A DNA stretch of 64,000 nt from an uncultured bacterium (GTDB lineage: Bacteria > Omnitrophota > Omnitrophia > Omnitrophales > Aquincolibacteriaceae). Numbering within the stretch: position 1 is the stretch's first letter; each line of letters begins with the position of its first letter. The notes below the pieces were generated by a model. It searched no databases. It was not told where the DNA came from and saw only the letters and a list, made by a program, of their open reading frames with translations. The position numbers and the translations under genes are program-made. The stretch covers positions 11,288 through 75,287 of the forward strand of contig CAYLPP010000003.1 in NCBI GenBank assembly GCA_964385615.1, in the 5' to 3' direction. Below are positions 47,797 through 56,753 of the stretch, one piece after another.

Positions 47797-49722
47797 TCAT
47801 TCTGCGGGTGTTTTCGAAGCTGTGCCGTATCCCGTTTCCGATTCGCAGATACAGCCTTCTTCCCCTTTACTGCTTTTCGATAACTTTCCGCAATTGGAAC
47901 AGAACACCGGATCACCTTGCTCGTTCTGTAAAGGTTGGTAAGAAGGGCCTCGGACGCCCTTCGATAATTCCTTTGTGCCGCAAGGACTGATTTTATGAAT
48001 GCAATCTTTGATTTGCTGAATGGTGCCAAGCCGGAGTACTTGTCCCGCTAATTTTTCTGCGTCTTCTATCGTCGTTGAGCGTATCGCGTTCTTAATCTCC
48101 AGTATTTCTCCAGGATTTACACTGAAATTACGATATCCAAGTCCTAACAAAAGTTCTGTGTACAAGGGATTGCCTGCGATTTCACCGCAAATAGAAATGC
48201 TCTTGCTCTTCTCCTTTGCCGCGGACGCAATTGAGGCAAGTACTTGCAGCATCGCGGGATGAAGCGGCTCGTAATAGACCGCGACCCCGCTGCTAGTCCG
48301 GTCTGCGGTCAAAAGGTACTGCACTAAATCGTTTGTACCAATACTGAAATAATCGATTTCCTCGGCTAATTGCCCGGCCATAATTGCCGCTGCCGGAGTC
48401 TCGATCATCGCACCGACAGGAATATGGGGATTGAACGGCAGGCCTTCGGATGCCAAACTCTTTTTTGCGGCTTTAATAGCAGCTTTTGCCGCATGCAAAT
48501 CTTCCACGCCTCCCACCATCGGAATGAGAATAGAAACGGAGTGAGTCGCGCTTAGCCGAAGAATGGCCCGAAGCTGCGTGAGTAAAATCTGAGGATGTTT
48601 TATCAATAACCTTATTCCCCGGCACCCAAGCGAGGGGTTTGCCTCGAATGGAAGTGGAAAATAGGGAAGACGCTTATCGCTTCCGAGATCCAACACCCGT
48701 ATCACCATCTCCCCCGGCTTAATGCGATCTGCAGTATTCCTGTAAATTTGATATTGCTCTTCCTCAGAGGGAAAGTGATCCTGAACCAGAAAAACAAATT
48801 CGGTCCGGTACAGGCCCACTCCATCTGCATTCAATGCCTTTGCTGCGACCGCGTCGGCTGATTTTCCGATATTCGCACAGAGCTTAATGAGGGTTCCGTC
48901 TCGCGTCTCCGCCGGTAAGGCAATCAAACTTTTCAAAACGGCGTTATGGGCTTGAAGATCTGCCTCGAGACGGTCATATTCGCGTTGAATGGAAGGAGCC
49001 GGATTAATAAAGACCCGGCCTGAAAAACCATCTGCGATTAGGGAATCACCTGTTCGGATTTTTTCCGTGGCAGATGCGGTATGGATGAGCAACGGAACGC
49101 CTCCTGCCCGTGCCAAAATAGTGGCGTGTGCCGTTTGTCCGCCTTCTTCAATAATCAATCCTCGGATAGCACGGCTGCTCAGTTGCGCCACGATGGAAGG
49201 AAGCAGTTCACGCGCAACTAGGACGCTTCCGTCAGGAAGAAGAGGTATTTTAGGAAGTTCACTTTTGACGAGAATGTCATGCAACCGCTTCCCGACGTCT
49301 CGTAAATCCGCAGCGCGATCGCGGAAAAAGGGATCTTCCATTTGCACAAACAATAACGCAAGCTTGTCAATCGCTTGCTCCAAAGCAGTTTCCACGTTAA
49401 TAAGCTGCGTGAGACAGAGGACGCTGACCTCCTCGCGCAGCAAAGGGTCATGCAAAAGTTGAATATGTGCCCCGAAAATGGAAGCTTCTTTTTCTCCAAT
49501 AGTTTCCCGGACTTTTTTTTGTAAATTCAACAACTCATTTTCCGCTTCAGAAATTGCAGCATCAAACTTTTGAAGCTCCTTCTGCGTGTCGTCTTTGCTA
49601 ATAGCTCGTCTCGGCGCAATGCCAAGATCACCACAGGTACATACAAAGGCCGCTCCACGAGCCAAACCAGGTGAAGCCGCCTCGCCTACAATCATCGCGG
49701 AAGATTTTGCGTTCACAGTCAT
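47797..49722 (-). CDS. ptsI: phosphoenolpyruvate-protein phosphotransferase (PTS enzyme I) with a ~60-aa Cys-rich C-terminal extension
   Basis: GGQTAHATILARAGGVP phospho-His region and the FSIGTNDLVQY PEP-binding block. The tail reads CIHKISPCG...CSNCG...GCIC. Confidence 0.75.
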   Translation of the reverse strand: MTVNAKSSAMIVGEAASPGLARGAAFVCTCGDLGIAPRRAISKDDTQKELQKFDAAISEAENELLNLQKKVRETIGEKEASIFGAHIQLLHDPLLREEVSVLCLTQLINVETALEQAIDKLALLFVQMEDPFFRDRAADLRDVGKRLHDILVKSELPKIPLLPDGSVLVARELLPSIVAQLSSRAIRGLIIEEGGQTAHATILARAGGVPLLIHTASATEKIRTGDSLIADGFSGRVFINPAPSIQREYDRLEADLQAHNAVLKSLIALPAETRDGTLIKLCANIGKSADAVAAKALNADGVGLYRTEFVFLVQDHFPSEEEQYQIYRNTADRIKPGEMVIRVLDLGSDKRLPYFPLPFEANPSLGCRGIRLLIKHPQILLTQLRAILRLSATHSVSILIPMVGGVEDLHAAKAAIKAAKKSLASEGLPFNPHIPVGAMIETPAAAIMAGQLAEEIDYFSIGTNDLVQYLLTADRTSSGVAVYYEPLHPAMLQVLASIASAAKEKSKSISICGEIAGNPLYTELLLGLGYRNFSVNPGEILEIKNAIRSTTIEDAEKLAGQVLRLGTIQQIKDCIHKISPCGTKELSKGVRGPSYQPLQNEQGDPVFCSNCGKLSKSSKGEEGCICESETGYGTASKTPAE

Positions 49723-49743
49723 AGTAAAATCCCTACTCTTCTC

Positions 49744-50097
49744 TTATTTTACTTTAATTTTCTCAAGAACCTGTTTTAAGACCATAGCATTATTGTGCTT
49801 GATGTCATGAGCCGCGTAAATGAACGTCATTGTCTTTCCTGAGAATTTTATTTTCAATTGCTTTAAAGCCTCTTTGCGCGCCTTCAATTCTTCGAGATAA
49901 CGGGTACGGAATAGATTCCATTTTGCAGGATCATGGCCGAACCATTTTCTTAATTGCCGGCTGGGTGCAATTTCCTTCGACCATTCGTGTATATCCGCCC
50001 GCTTGCGGGAAATGCCTCTTGGCCATAATCGATCCACTAATACCCGTACACCATCTTTTCTCTCAGGATTTTCATAAACACGCTTTAGCTTGATCAT
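49744..50097 (-). CDS. DUF488/YeaO family protein
   Basis: MIKLKRVYE..GVRVLVDRLWPRGISR N-terminus. Confidence 0.6.
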   Translation of the reverse strand: MIKLKRVYENPERKDGVRVLVDRLWPRGISRKRADIHEWSKEIAPSRQLRKWFGHDPAKWNLFRTRYLEELKARKEALKQLKIKFSGKTMTFIYAAHDIKHNNAMVLKQVLEKIKVK

Positions 50098-50118
50098 AAG
50101 ATTTCTCCTACCGGCTGT

Positions 50119-50829
50119 TTAGAGGCTGTCGCTTGCCCCCAGCGAGTATTCCAAAATGGCTTCGGCATGGATCTGCGTTGTGTCGTAAAGAGGCCGCAAA
50201 CTATCCTCGGGTTGGATCAAAAGAGATAATTCTGTACATCCGAGGATCGTCGCCTCAACGCCTTTTTTTTCCAAGTCCGAAATGATTGTTTTTGCCGCTT
50301 CCCGGGACTCCGGACGAATGACACCATGAGAAAGCTCTTCCCAAATAATACGGTCCAGCTCACGGCGCTGGAGCTCATCCGGCACAAGCGTTTCGATGCC
50401 GCATGAATTGAAATGTTTTTGAAAAAACCCGAATTCCATAGTGAGTTTTGTCCCAAGGAGAGCCACTTTTCTGCGGCCATCCCGGGTAAGAGCCTCAGCG
50501 GTCGCGTCCATAATTGTTAAAATTTTAAGCGGACTTTTATCACGGATCTTGTCGTAAGCATTATGCGGAGTGTTGGCAAGAATTGCCGCAAAGTCAGCCC
50601 CACCTCTCTTTAGACGATCCAAAGATTCCAAAAGAGTGACGGCAACACCTTCCCAATCATTTTCTTCGAAAAGCTTAATGAGTATCTGAAGATTTAAACT
50701 TTGAATCGTGATCTCCGGAAAATTCAATTTACCGAAGCGCCGGTTGTATTCACGACAAAGAAATTGGTAGTAGTGCACCGTCGATTCGGGACTGAGACCG
50801 CCGATTAGACCGATTCGTTTCATAACCAC
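50119..50829 (-). CDS. aspartate/glutamate racemase family protein
   Basis: IGLIGGLSPEST N-terminus and a C-terminal ILGCTE block. Confidence 0.75.
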   Translation of the reverse strand: MVMKRIGLIGGLSPESTVHYYQFLCREYNRRFGKLNFPEITIQSLNLQILIKLFEENDWEGVAVTLLESLDRLKRGGADFAAILANTPHNAYDKIRDKSPLKILTIMDATAEALTRDGRRKVALLGTKLTMEFGFFQKHFNSCGIETLVPDELQRRELDRIIWEELSHGVIRPESREAAKTIISDLEKKGVEATILGCTELSLLIQPEDSLRPLYDTTQIHAEAILEYSLGASDSL

Positions 50830-50832
50830 TCC

Positions 50833-51315
50833 CTAATGATGTCCGCCGCAGCAAGTTTGATAGCGCTCCGCAGGTATGTTTTCCATCGCAAGAAACGCTC
50901 CGGCAACCTCTTCTTCGGACAAGAACTTGTCTATAGCAGGATAAAGCACTTGTTCTTCTTTCTGGTTGTGCCCTGCCAAAATTCCAAGAAGTACTTGCTC
51001 ATCCTCTTCGCTTGAGGAATCCGCTCTGCGCACTTTGTCATGAATGCGCTCAAGAGCAGCTCCGATTTGACGATGCTCTTCACGCATCACAAAAGTCGGT
51101 CCGCCGGCCTTCATACCCGACTTTTGTTCAAATGCGGGGAATAAAACATCTTCTTCCCAGATGATATGGCGCTTGAGGCCGTTGTTGAAGCTTTTAAAAT
51201 AAGCTTTAGCTTCGGCCATGGATTCTTTCTTTTTATTCTGGAATTGTTTAAATAATGAATCCAACCTGCTGTGGTCCGCTTCAAAATATTGAGCAATGGT
51301 ATTTACCGTTTTCAT
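50833..51315 (-). CDS. hemerythrin HHE cation-binding domain protein (paralog of 39066-39548)
   Basis: Same length (160 aa) and roughly 70% identical to 39066-39548. H..EE..LFP motifs. Confidence 0.7.
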   Translation of the reverse strand: MKTVNTIAQYFEADHSRLDSLFKQFQNKKKESMAEAKAYFKSFNNGLKRHIIWEEDVLFPAFEQKSGMKAGGPTFVMREEHRQIGAALERIHDKVRRADSSSEEDEQVLLGILAGHNQKEEQVLYPAIDKFLSEEEVAGAFLAMENIPAERYQTCCGGHH

Positions 51316-51348
51316 GCAATCCTCCGAGGATAGTCGATTCCTGTTAAT

Positions 51349-51717
51349 TTAAGAACCGAATGTGAGCAAAAAAACGCATTCCGTATGAGCTTTAACACGG
51401 TGCGTAATACTTTGATGAAGCATCAGGATCTGTCCTTTTTTCAAAGTTTCGGTTTGTGCGTCCGTTCCGAATTCCAATTCTCCTTCCAGCACTTGTACAC
51501 TAATCGGATGATTCGCTTTATGCGGTTCTAGGCTAGCGCCCTCATGAAGAGCGACAATCACCATCCGCAGTCCGGCTCCCATATTTAAAGTAATGGAATT
51601 CTTCTCCGTGTTCTTCCAAGTTTCTTCATTTTTAAGTCTGGTAATCAATTCTTGAATTTCAAATGTCAAAAGCGGTGCATCAAGAATCCTTTGCTCGCGT
51701 TTCTCGGAATTAACCAT
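51349..51717 (-). CDS. cupin domain protein
   Basis: Small beta-barrel with cupin His motifs. The start is MVNSEKREQ at 51717 with an AGGAGG ribosome-binding site. Confidence 0.5.
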   Translation of the reverse strand: MVNSEKREQRILDAPLLTFEIQELITRLKNEETWKNTEKNSITLNMGAGLRMVIVALHEGASLEPHKANHPISVQVLEGELEFGTDAQTETLKKGQILMLHQSITHRVKAHTECVFLLTFGS

Positions 51718-51780
51718 GTCTCGCCTCCTTGGTAAACCTACGACACGTTTACAGTCAATAAAACCTTGCATTTTTTAAAT

Positions 51781-51797
51781 ATGTATTTAAAATACAT
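51781..51797. promoter_or_regulatory. NsrR-box-like palindrome in the divergent promoter (cupin/hemerythrin <-> nsrR-AOX-nnrS-norZ)
   Basis: ATGTATTT-A-AAATACAT, matching the remembered NsrR consensus AAGATGyATTTTAAATrCATCTT. It is 44 bp upstream of the Rrf2 GTG start. Confidence 0.6.
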
Positions 51798-51840
51798 GTA
51801 TAAGCTATCACGCTTTACGGCCGCTCACAAGGAGATATTC

Positions 51841-52269
51841 GTGCGAATCACTTATTTTTCGGACTATTCATTAAGGGTGCTGATTTACTTAGGAGTTAAA
51901 GACGAAAAGGCATCGATTGCAGAAATTAGCAGAGCTTTCGCAATTTCTAAAAACCACTTGATGAAAGCAGTTCATAATCTGGTTCAGTTAGGTTATGTCA
52001 ATTCAATGCGTGGAAAGTCAGGCGGAATTGTTTTGGCGCAATCACCCCAATCAATCAATTTGGGTGAGATCATTCAAAAACTTGAGCCCGATATGGATAT
52101 TGTTGAGTGCTTTAACCGAAAAAATGATTCTTGCGCCATCGCGATCACCTGCCGGCTCAAAGGAGCTTTTCAGGAAGCAACTATGGCCTTTTTGAAAACC
52201 TTAAATAAATATTCGCTTGCCGATCTCATACAAAACAAAACGGAACTCAAACGTTTGATTATGCAATAA
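51841..52269 (+). CDS. nsrR: Rrf2 family NO-sensing repressor (NsrR-like)
   Basis: GTG start, then VRITYFSDYSLRVLIYLG... with three Cys (CFNRKNDSCAIAITC) and an NsrR-box immediately upstream. The track ORF begins at an upstream ATG at 51766 that lies over the box. Confidence 0.7.
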   Translation: MRITYFSDYSLRVLIYLGVKDEKASIAEISRAFAISKNHLMKAVHNLVQLGYVNSMRGKSGGIVLAQSPQSINLGEIIQKLEPDMDIVECFNRKNDSCAIAITCRLKGAFQEATMAFLKTLNKYSLADLIQNKTELKRLIMQ

Positions 52270-52309
52270 TCATCTTGAGCGCAAACACCCATTATGATGA
52301 AGGATTTAC

Positions 52310-53044
52310 ATGGATCTCATAAACTTAAGTAAGATGAAGTCGAGTGAAGAGCTTAAAAGAGAGCAGCAGGTAACGCTTGAAACTCCCAGAAGGCGTTATG
52401 GACTCCTCGCCCGCCTTCTTTTCCTCTTCATGGATCTTTTCTATGGAAAGAAGCGCACATTTTCAAAATTCAAAGTCCTGGAAGTGATTGCCCGCGTCCC
52501 CTATCAGGCATGGGAACACGTGGCCTATATCGCCATGACGCATACCTATGCAATGCCGGATTTTGCCCGCCGGATTTTTGATTTCCTAAAAGAAGCTCGC
52601 GAACAGCAGGATAATGAGCAATGGCATCTGCTCATTCTCGAAGAATTAACTCAGAAAGAGAACGTGCCGGAGAACTTTTTCCGCTTTAGAATCCTTCCGC
52701 AGTTTATGGCGTTTTTCTATTACCATGTTAGCTGGCTTCTCTATGTCATGAAGCCTTCTTGGAGTTATGGGCTCAATGCTGACTTTGAAGATCACGCCGA
52801 ACACGAGTACATGTTGTTCGTCCAGGAGAACACTGAATTTGAGAATAAACCCTTTACAAGCGACTTTAGAGAAGATTATGGTTTTTACGCGAATCTCGGC
52901 GACCTTTTTCGCCGCATCGGCGTCGATGAACGCATGCATAAGATAGAAAGCTTAGAGAGAGCAACCCATGCCCGATTCTCTCTGCCTCACAATGTCGGCA
53001 AAGAAGAACCAACGGATGGCGGTAAACTTCATGAACGTCCTTAA
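52310..53044 (+). CDS. alternative oxidase-like di-iron carboxylate protein (AOX/PTOX family)
   Basis: Four E / ExxH blocks (LEVIARVP, ILEELTQKE, DFEDHAEHEY, DERMHKIE) resembling the AOX LET.AGVP / LEEA.NE / EEEA.H.Y / DEA.HR motifs. Confidence 0.45.
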   Translation: MDLINLSKMKSSEELKREQQVTLETPRRRYGLLARLLFLFMDLFYGKKRTFSKFKVLEVIARVPYQAWEHVAYIAMTHTYAMPDFARRIFDFLKEAREQQDNEQWHLLILEELTQKENVPENFFRFRILPQFMAFFYYHVSWLLYVMKPSWSYGLNADFEDHAEHEYMLFVQENTEFENKPFTSDFREDYGFYANLGDLFRRIGVDERMHKIESLERATHARFSLPHNVGKEEPTDGGKLHERP

Positions 53045-54326
53045 TATTTCCCGTTGGTTCAAATCGGCAGCCGAAGAACCCTATAGAATTTTCTTTCCTC
53101 TCGGCATCCTGTGGGGAATAGTCGGAATAAGTCATTGGTTCTTTTATGCCCTCAAATGGATTCCCACCTATTCCATGCAGCTTCACTCGGCAATCCAAAT
53201 ATCGGGTTACATGGGTTGTTTCATTGCCGGGTTTCTTTTGACAGCGATGCCCCGGTTTGCTTCAGCGCCGTCCGCTTCTCTGCAAGAATTTTTAACTTTT
53301 TTAGTTTTAGTCAATGCGGCGCCGGTCCTTTACCTACTGCATGAATGGGCCTATGCGCGGTTTTGTTTTGCAACCTGGCTTCTTATGCTCATTTTTTTTG
53401 CCGCCCGTCGATTTCTGAAGGAAAAAAGTGTCGAAATCGAATCGCCGGTCGAGTTCGTATGGATTCCCGCGGCCCTTTTAAATGGCTTATTGGGCGTACT
53501 CTTAATGACAGGAGCCGACGCTCATCTGCTCTCGGGTGCGGCTGGTAAAATAGGAAAACTTTTATCGGAGCAGGGCTTTCTTCTCAGCATTGTTCTTGGT
53601 GTCGGCAGTTTTCTAGGACCGCGGCTCATGGGCACTTTTCGCCCTTCCTTTCAAACCATTCGAGACATAAAAATCCGGAAATCTCAAAGAAGAAATGCTC
53701 TTTACTACCACGCAGCTGCGGCTTTTTGTCTTTTACTGACTTTTTTTCTTGAAGGAACAGGCCGCCTAGGCACCGCTTTCTTTGCGCGCGCATTCATTAT
53801 CGGTTTGATTTATGTTCATTCGCGCACCCTCGTTTTAAAGCCGCCTGCAAAAGATCAATTTGTGAAATTGCTTTGTATTTCGTTTTGGATGATTTTTATC
53901 GGGCATCTCAGCCTCATCTTTTTTCCGGCTTATCGAGCCACTTTGCTGCACGTCACTTTCCTGGGAGGTTATTCTTTAATGACATTTGCCATTGCGACGA
54001 TGGTTATTTTTAGCCATGGCGGACAAATGGCGGATTTAAAACAAGCCATTTGGCAGCTTCCTGCGCTTGGAGCCCTTCTCGCCTTAGCGCTTTGTTTAAG
54101 AATTGCGGCTATTTTCTTTCCGGAATCTTTTTTTACTTTTTTGGGGGCAGCATCTGCATGCTGGCTCTTTGCCGCAGCTTTGTGGCTCATTTTTATATTC
54201 AAACCCATTTTTAAGTTTCCTTCTTCAAAGGAAGAGTTCGAACGCTGCCACGAAGAGGCTAAAGAACGGGTTGCCGCCTTGAGATCCGGGCAGCCGCTCA
54301 ATCAAATAAAACCACAGGAGAGTTAA
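53016..54326 (+). CDS. nnrS: NnrS family protein (second paralog)
   Basis: EEPYRIFFPLGILWGIVGISHWFFYA, TAMPRFASAP and a C-terminal ERCHEEAKERVAALRSGQ block shared with 31682-33016. The start was chosen at an internal ATG; the track ORF starts at 52968. Confidence 0.65.
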   Translation: MAVNFMNVLNISRWFKSAAEEPYRIFFPLGILWGIVGISHWFFYALKWIPTYSMQLHSAIQISGYMGCFIAGFLLTAMPRFASAPSASLQEFLTFLVLVNAAPVLYLLHEWAYARFCFATWLLMLIFFAARRFLKEKSVEIESPVEFVWIPAALLNGLLGVLLMTGADAHLLSGAAGKIGKLLSEQGFLLSIVLGVGSFLGPRLMGTFRPSFQTIRDIKIRKSQRRNALYYHAAAAFCLLLTFFLEGTGRLGTAFFARAFIIGLIYVHSRTLVLKPPAKDQFVKLLCISFWMIFIGHLSLIFFPAYRATLLHVTFLGGYSLMTFAIATMVIFSHGGQMADLKQAIWQLPALGALLALALCLRIAAIFFPESFFTFLGAASACWLFAAALWLIFIFKPIFKFPSSKEEFERCHEEAKERVAALRSGQPLNQIKPQES

Positions 54327-56600
54327 ATGAATTACAAAAGATTATGGCTATGTTTCGGTGCAGTGATCATCTTTTCCTTTTCCATACTCGGATACTTCGG
54401 GCGTGAAATTTACCGTCAAGTTCCGCCTATCCCCAAACAAGTCACCACCGCAAGCGGACATTTGCTCTTTACCGGCGAGGATATACAAGACGGCCAGAAT
54501 GTTTGGCAATCAATCGGCGGGCAGGAATTGGGATCCATCTGGGGACATGGTGCTTACGTTGCTCCCGATTGGTCCGCTGACTGGCTGCATCGTGAGGCCC
54601 AATATCTTGTCAATACATGGGCTCAAAAAGATTTTGGGAAAGATTTTGAGGCACTCGACACAGAAAAACAAGCCATGTTGAAAGCCCGTTTGGAAAAAGA
54701 ACTCCGCACCAATACCTATGATCCTAAAACCGGACAACTGACGGTTTCTGAGATAAGAGCTGAGGCCATTGATGCGGTCAGCCGCCATTACGCGTCTCTT
54801 TTCATGAATGATCCCGCGCTTGAAAAAACACGCGAAGCTTACGCCATGGCTCGAAATACGATTAAAGACCCGGCTCGAATGCCCAAACTTAACTCTTTTT
54901 TCTTTTGGACGGCATGGGCATGCGGAACCACCCGTCCCGGTACCGATGTTACGTACACAAATAACTGGCCTGCCGATGAACTGGTCGGTAATCGTCCCAC
55001 ACCGTCCCTTATCCTCTGGACCGGATTTAGCGTCATTCTTCTGTTGGCGGGAATCGCGCTTCTTGCGTCCTACTATGCTGCAAATCGGGACGAGCCGCAT
55101 GCTCAAAGGGAAATCCCCGAAAATGATCCCCTGCTGGGTCTCGCTCCTACGCCCTCAATGAAAGCCACGCTTAAATACTTTTGGGTTGTCATGGCCTTAA
55201 TTGTTGTGCAAGTTCTCTTAGGTGCCATCACTGCACACTATGGTGTCGAGGGAAGCGGATTTTACGGGATTCCCCTTGCAAAGTGGCTGCCCTATTCGGT
55301 CACGAGAACCTGGCACATTCAACTTGCGATTTTTTGGATTGCGACCTCTTGGCTTGCCACAGGTCTTTTTATTGCTCCCGCCGTTTCAGGACATGAACCT
55401 AAATTTCAACGCTTGGGAGTCAACTTTCTATTTCTGTCGCTTCTTGTAATTGTCGTCGGCTCTCTTGCCGGTGAATGGTTCGGCGTCATGCAAAAGCTTG
55501 GATTTGTCTCCAATTTTTGGTTTGGTCATCAGGGATATGAATATGTAGATCTTGGCCGATTCTGGCAGGCTTTTCTTATTGTCGGACTTTTTTTATGGCT
55601 CGGTTTGATGGTCCGTGCCATTTGGCCAGCCCTCCAAAGAAAAAGCGAAAGCAGACATCTGCTTTTTCTTTTTTTGATTTCCTCAGCCGCCATCGCTCTT
55701 TTCTACGGAGCAGGACTTATGTGGGGGCACCGCACCAATCTTGCGATCGCTGAATATTGGCGCTGGTGGGTCGTTCATCTCTGGGTGGAAGGATTCTTTG
55801 AAGTCTTCGCAACCGTGGTCATTGCCTTTTTATTTGTGCGAATGGGACTTCTCGGTGTAAAAATCGCGACCGCAACCGTTCTCTTTTCGACAAATGTTTT
55901 TCTTACGGGTGGAATTATCGGAACCTTTCATCACCTTTATTTTACGGGAACCCCCATCGCAGTACTTGCCCTGGGCGCTACCTTTAGTGGCTTGGAAGTG
56001 GTCCCTCTTATTTTAATCGGGTTTGAGGCTTACCATAATCTTCGCTTATCGCGAGCACGGCCATGGGTTCAGGCTTATAAATGGCCGATCTATTGTTTCA
56101 TCGCCGTCTCTTTTTGGAACCTGGTCGGCGCTGGCCTTTTTGGCTTTTTAATCAACCCGCCGATTGCACTTTATTATATGCAGGGTCTCAACACCACGGC
56201 CGTTCATGGTCATACCGCTTTGTTCGGCGTTTATGGGATGCTCGGCATCGGCCTAATGCTCTTTGTTTTAAAAGGATTAGCGGGCCATAAACCATGGAAA
56301 GAAGGCACTCTTCGTTTTGCATTCTGGTCGATCAATATCGGTCTCGCGTTAATGGTTCTTCTGAGTTTGCTGCCCATCGGACTCGCTCAAACGTTTGCGA
56401 GTGTAAAGTATGGATTATGGTATGCCCGCTCATCGGAGTTTATGCAGAATCCCTGGCTGCATAACATTCGCTGGATGCGTATGATCGGCGATACTCTTTT
56501 TGCCCTGGGGACGCTTGCGCTGGGATGGTTCGTTGTAGGGTTAAAAACCGGCTGGTCCTTTAAAAATCAAGAAAACGCAGTTAATTCTAAGGGCTACTAA
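54327..56600 (+). CDS. norZ: quinol-dependent nitric oxide reductase (qNor/NorZ large subunit)
   Basis: 757 aa with the N-terminal WGHGAYVAPDWSADWLHRE block and 14 TM helices of a heme-copper oxidase core. Confidence 0.8.
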   Translation: MNYKRLWLCFGAVIIFSFSILGYFGREIYRQVPPIPKQVTTASGHLLFTGEDIQDGQNVWQSIGGQELGSIWGHGAYVAPDWSADWLHREAQYLVNTWAQKDFGKDFEALDTEKQAMLKARLEKELRTNTYDPKTGQLTVSEIRAEAIDAVSRHYASLFMNDPALEKTREAYAMARNTIKDPARMPKLNSFFFWTAWACGTTRPGTDVTYTNNWPADELVGNRPTPSLILWTGFSVILLLAGIALLASYYAANRDEPHAQREIPENDPLLGLAPTPSMKATLKYFWVVMALIVVQVLLGAITAHYGVEGSGFYGIPLAKWLPYSVTRTWHIQLAIFWIATSWLATGLFIAPAVSGHEPKFQRLGVNFLFLSLLVIVVGSLAGEWFGVMQKLGFVSNFWFGHQGYEYVDLGRFWQAFLIVGLFLWLGLMVRAIWPALQRKSESRHLLFLFLISSAAIALFYGAGLMWGHRTNLAIAEYWRWWVVHLWVEGFFEVFATVVIAFLFVRMGLLGVKIATATVLFSTNVFLTGGIIGTFHHLYFTGTPIAVLALGATFSGLEVVPLILIGFEAYHNLRLSRARPWVQAYKWPIYCFIAVSFWNLVGAGLFGFLINPPIALYYMQGLNTTAVHGHTALFGVYGMLGIGLMLFVLKGLAGHKPWKEGTLRFAFWSINIGLALMVLLSLLPIGLAQTFASVKYGLWYARSSEFMQNPWLHNIRWMRMIGDTLFALGTLALGWFVVGLKTGWSFKNQENAVNSKGY

Positions 56601-56753
56601 ATTGATTGATATCCTGCGTCTCATTCTATGAATGGGGCGCAGGATAAGTAACTCTTACTTCAAACTTAAAGTTAAAGCTGCAAAGATTATTTCCAGACTA
56701 AACACAACATCTTTTTAAATGATTCATTTTATGATAATATTTTTCTCTAAATT

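Noticed and set aside
51766-51840. ATG start at 51766 for the Rrf2 gene (track ORF MHFLNMYLKYMYK...)
   Set aside because: That extension is encoded by the NsrR-box palindrome itself. The GTG at 51841 gives the canonical Rrf2 N-terminus (VRITYFSDYSLRVLIYLG).
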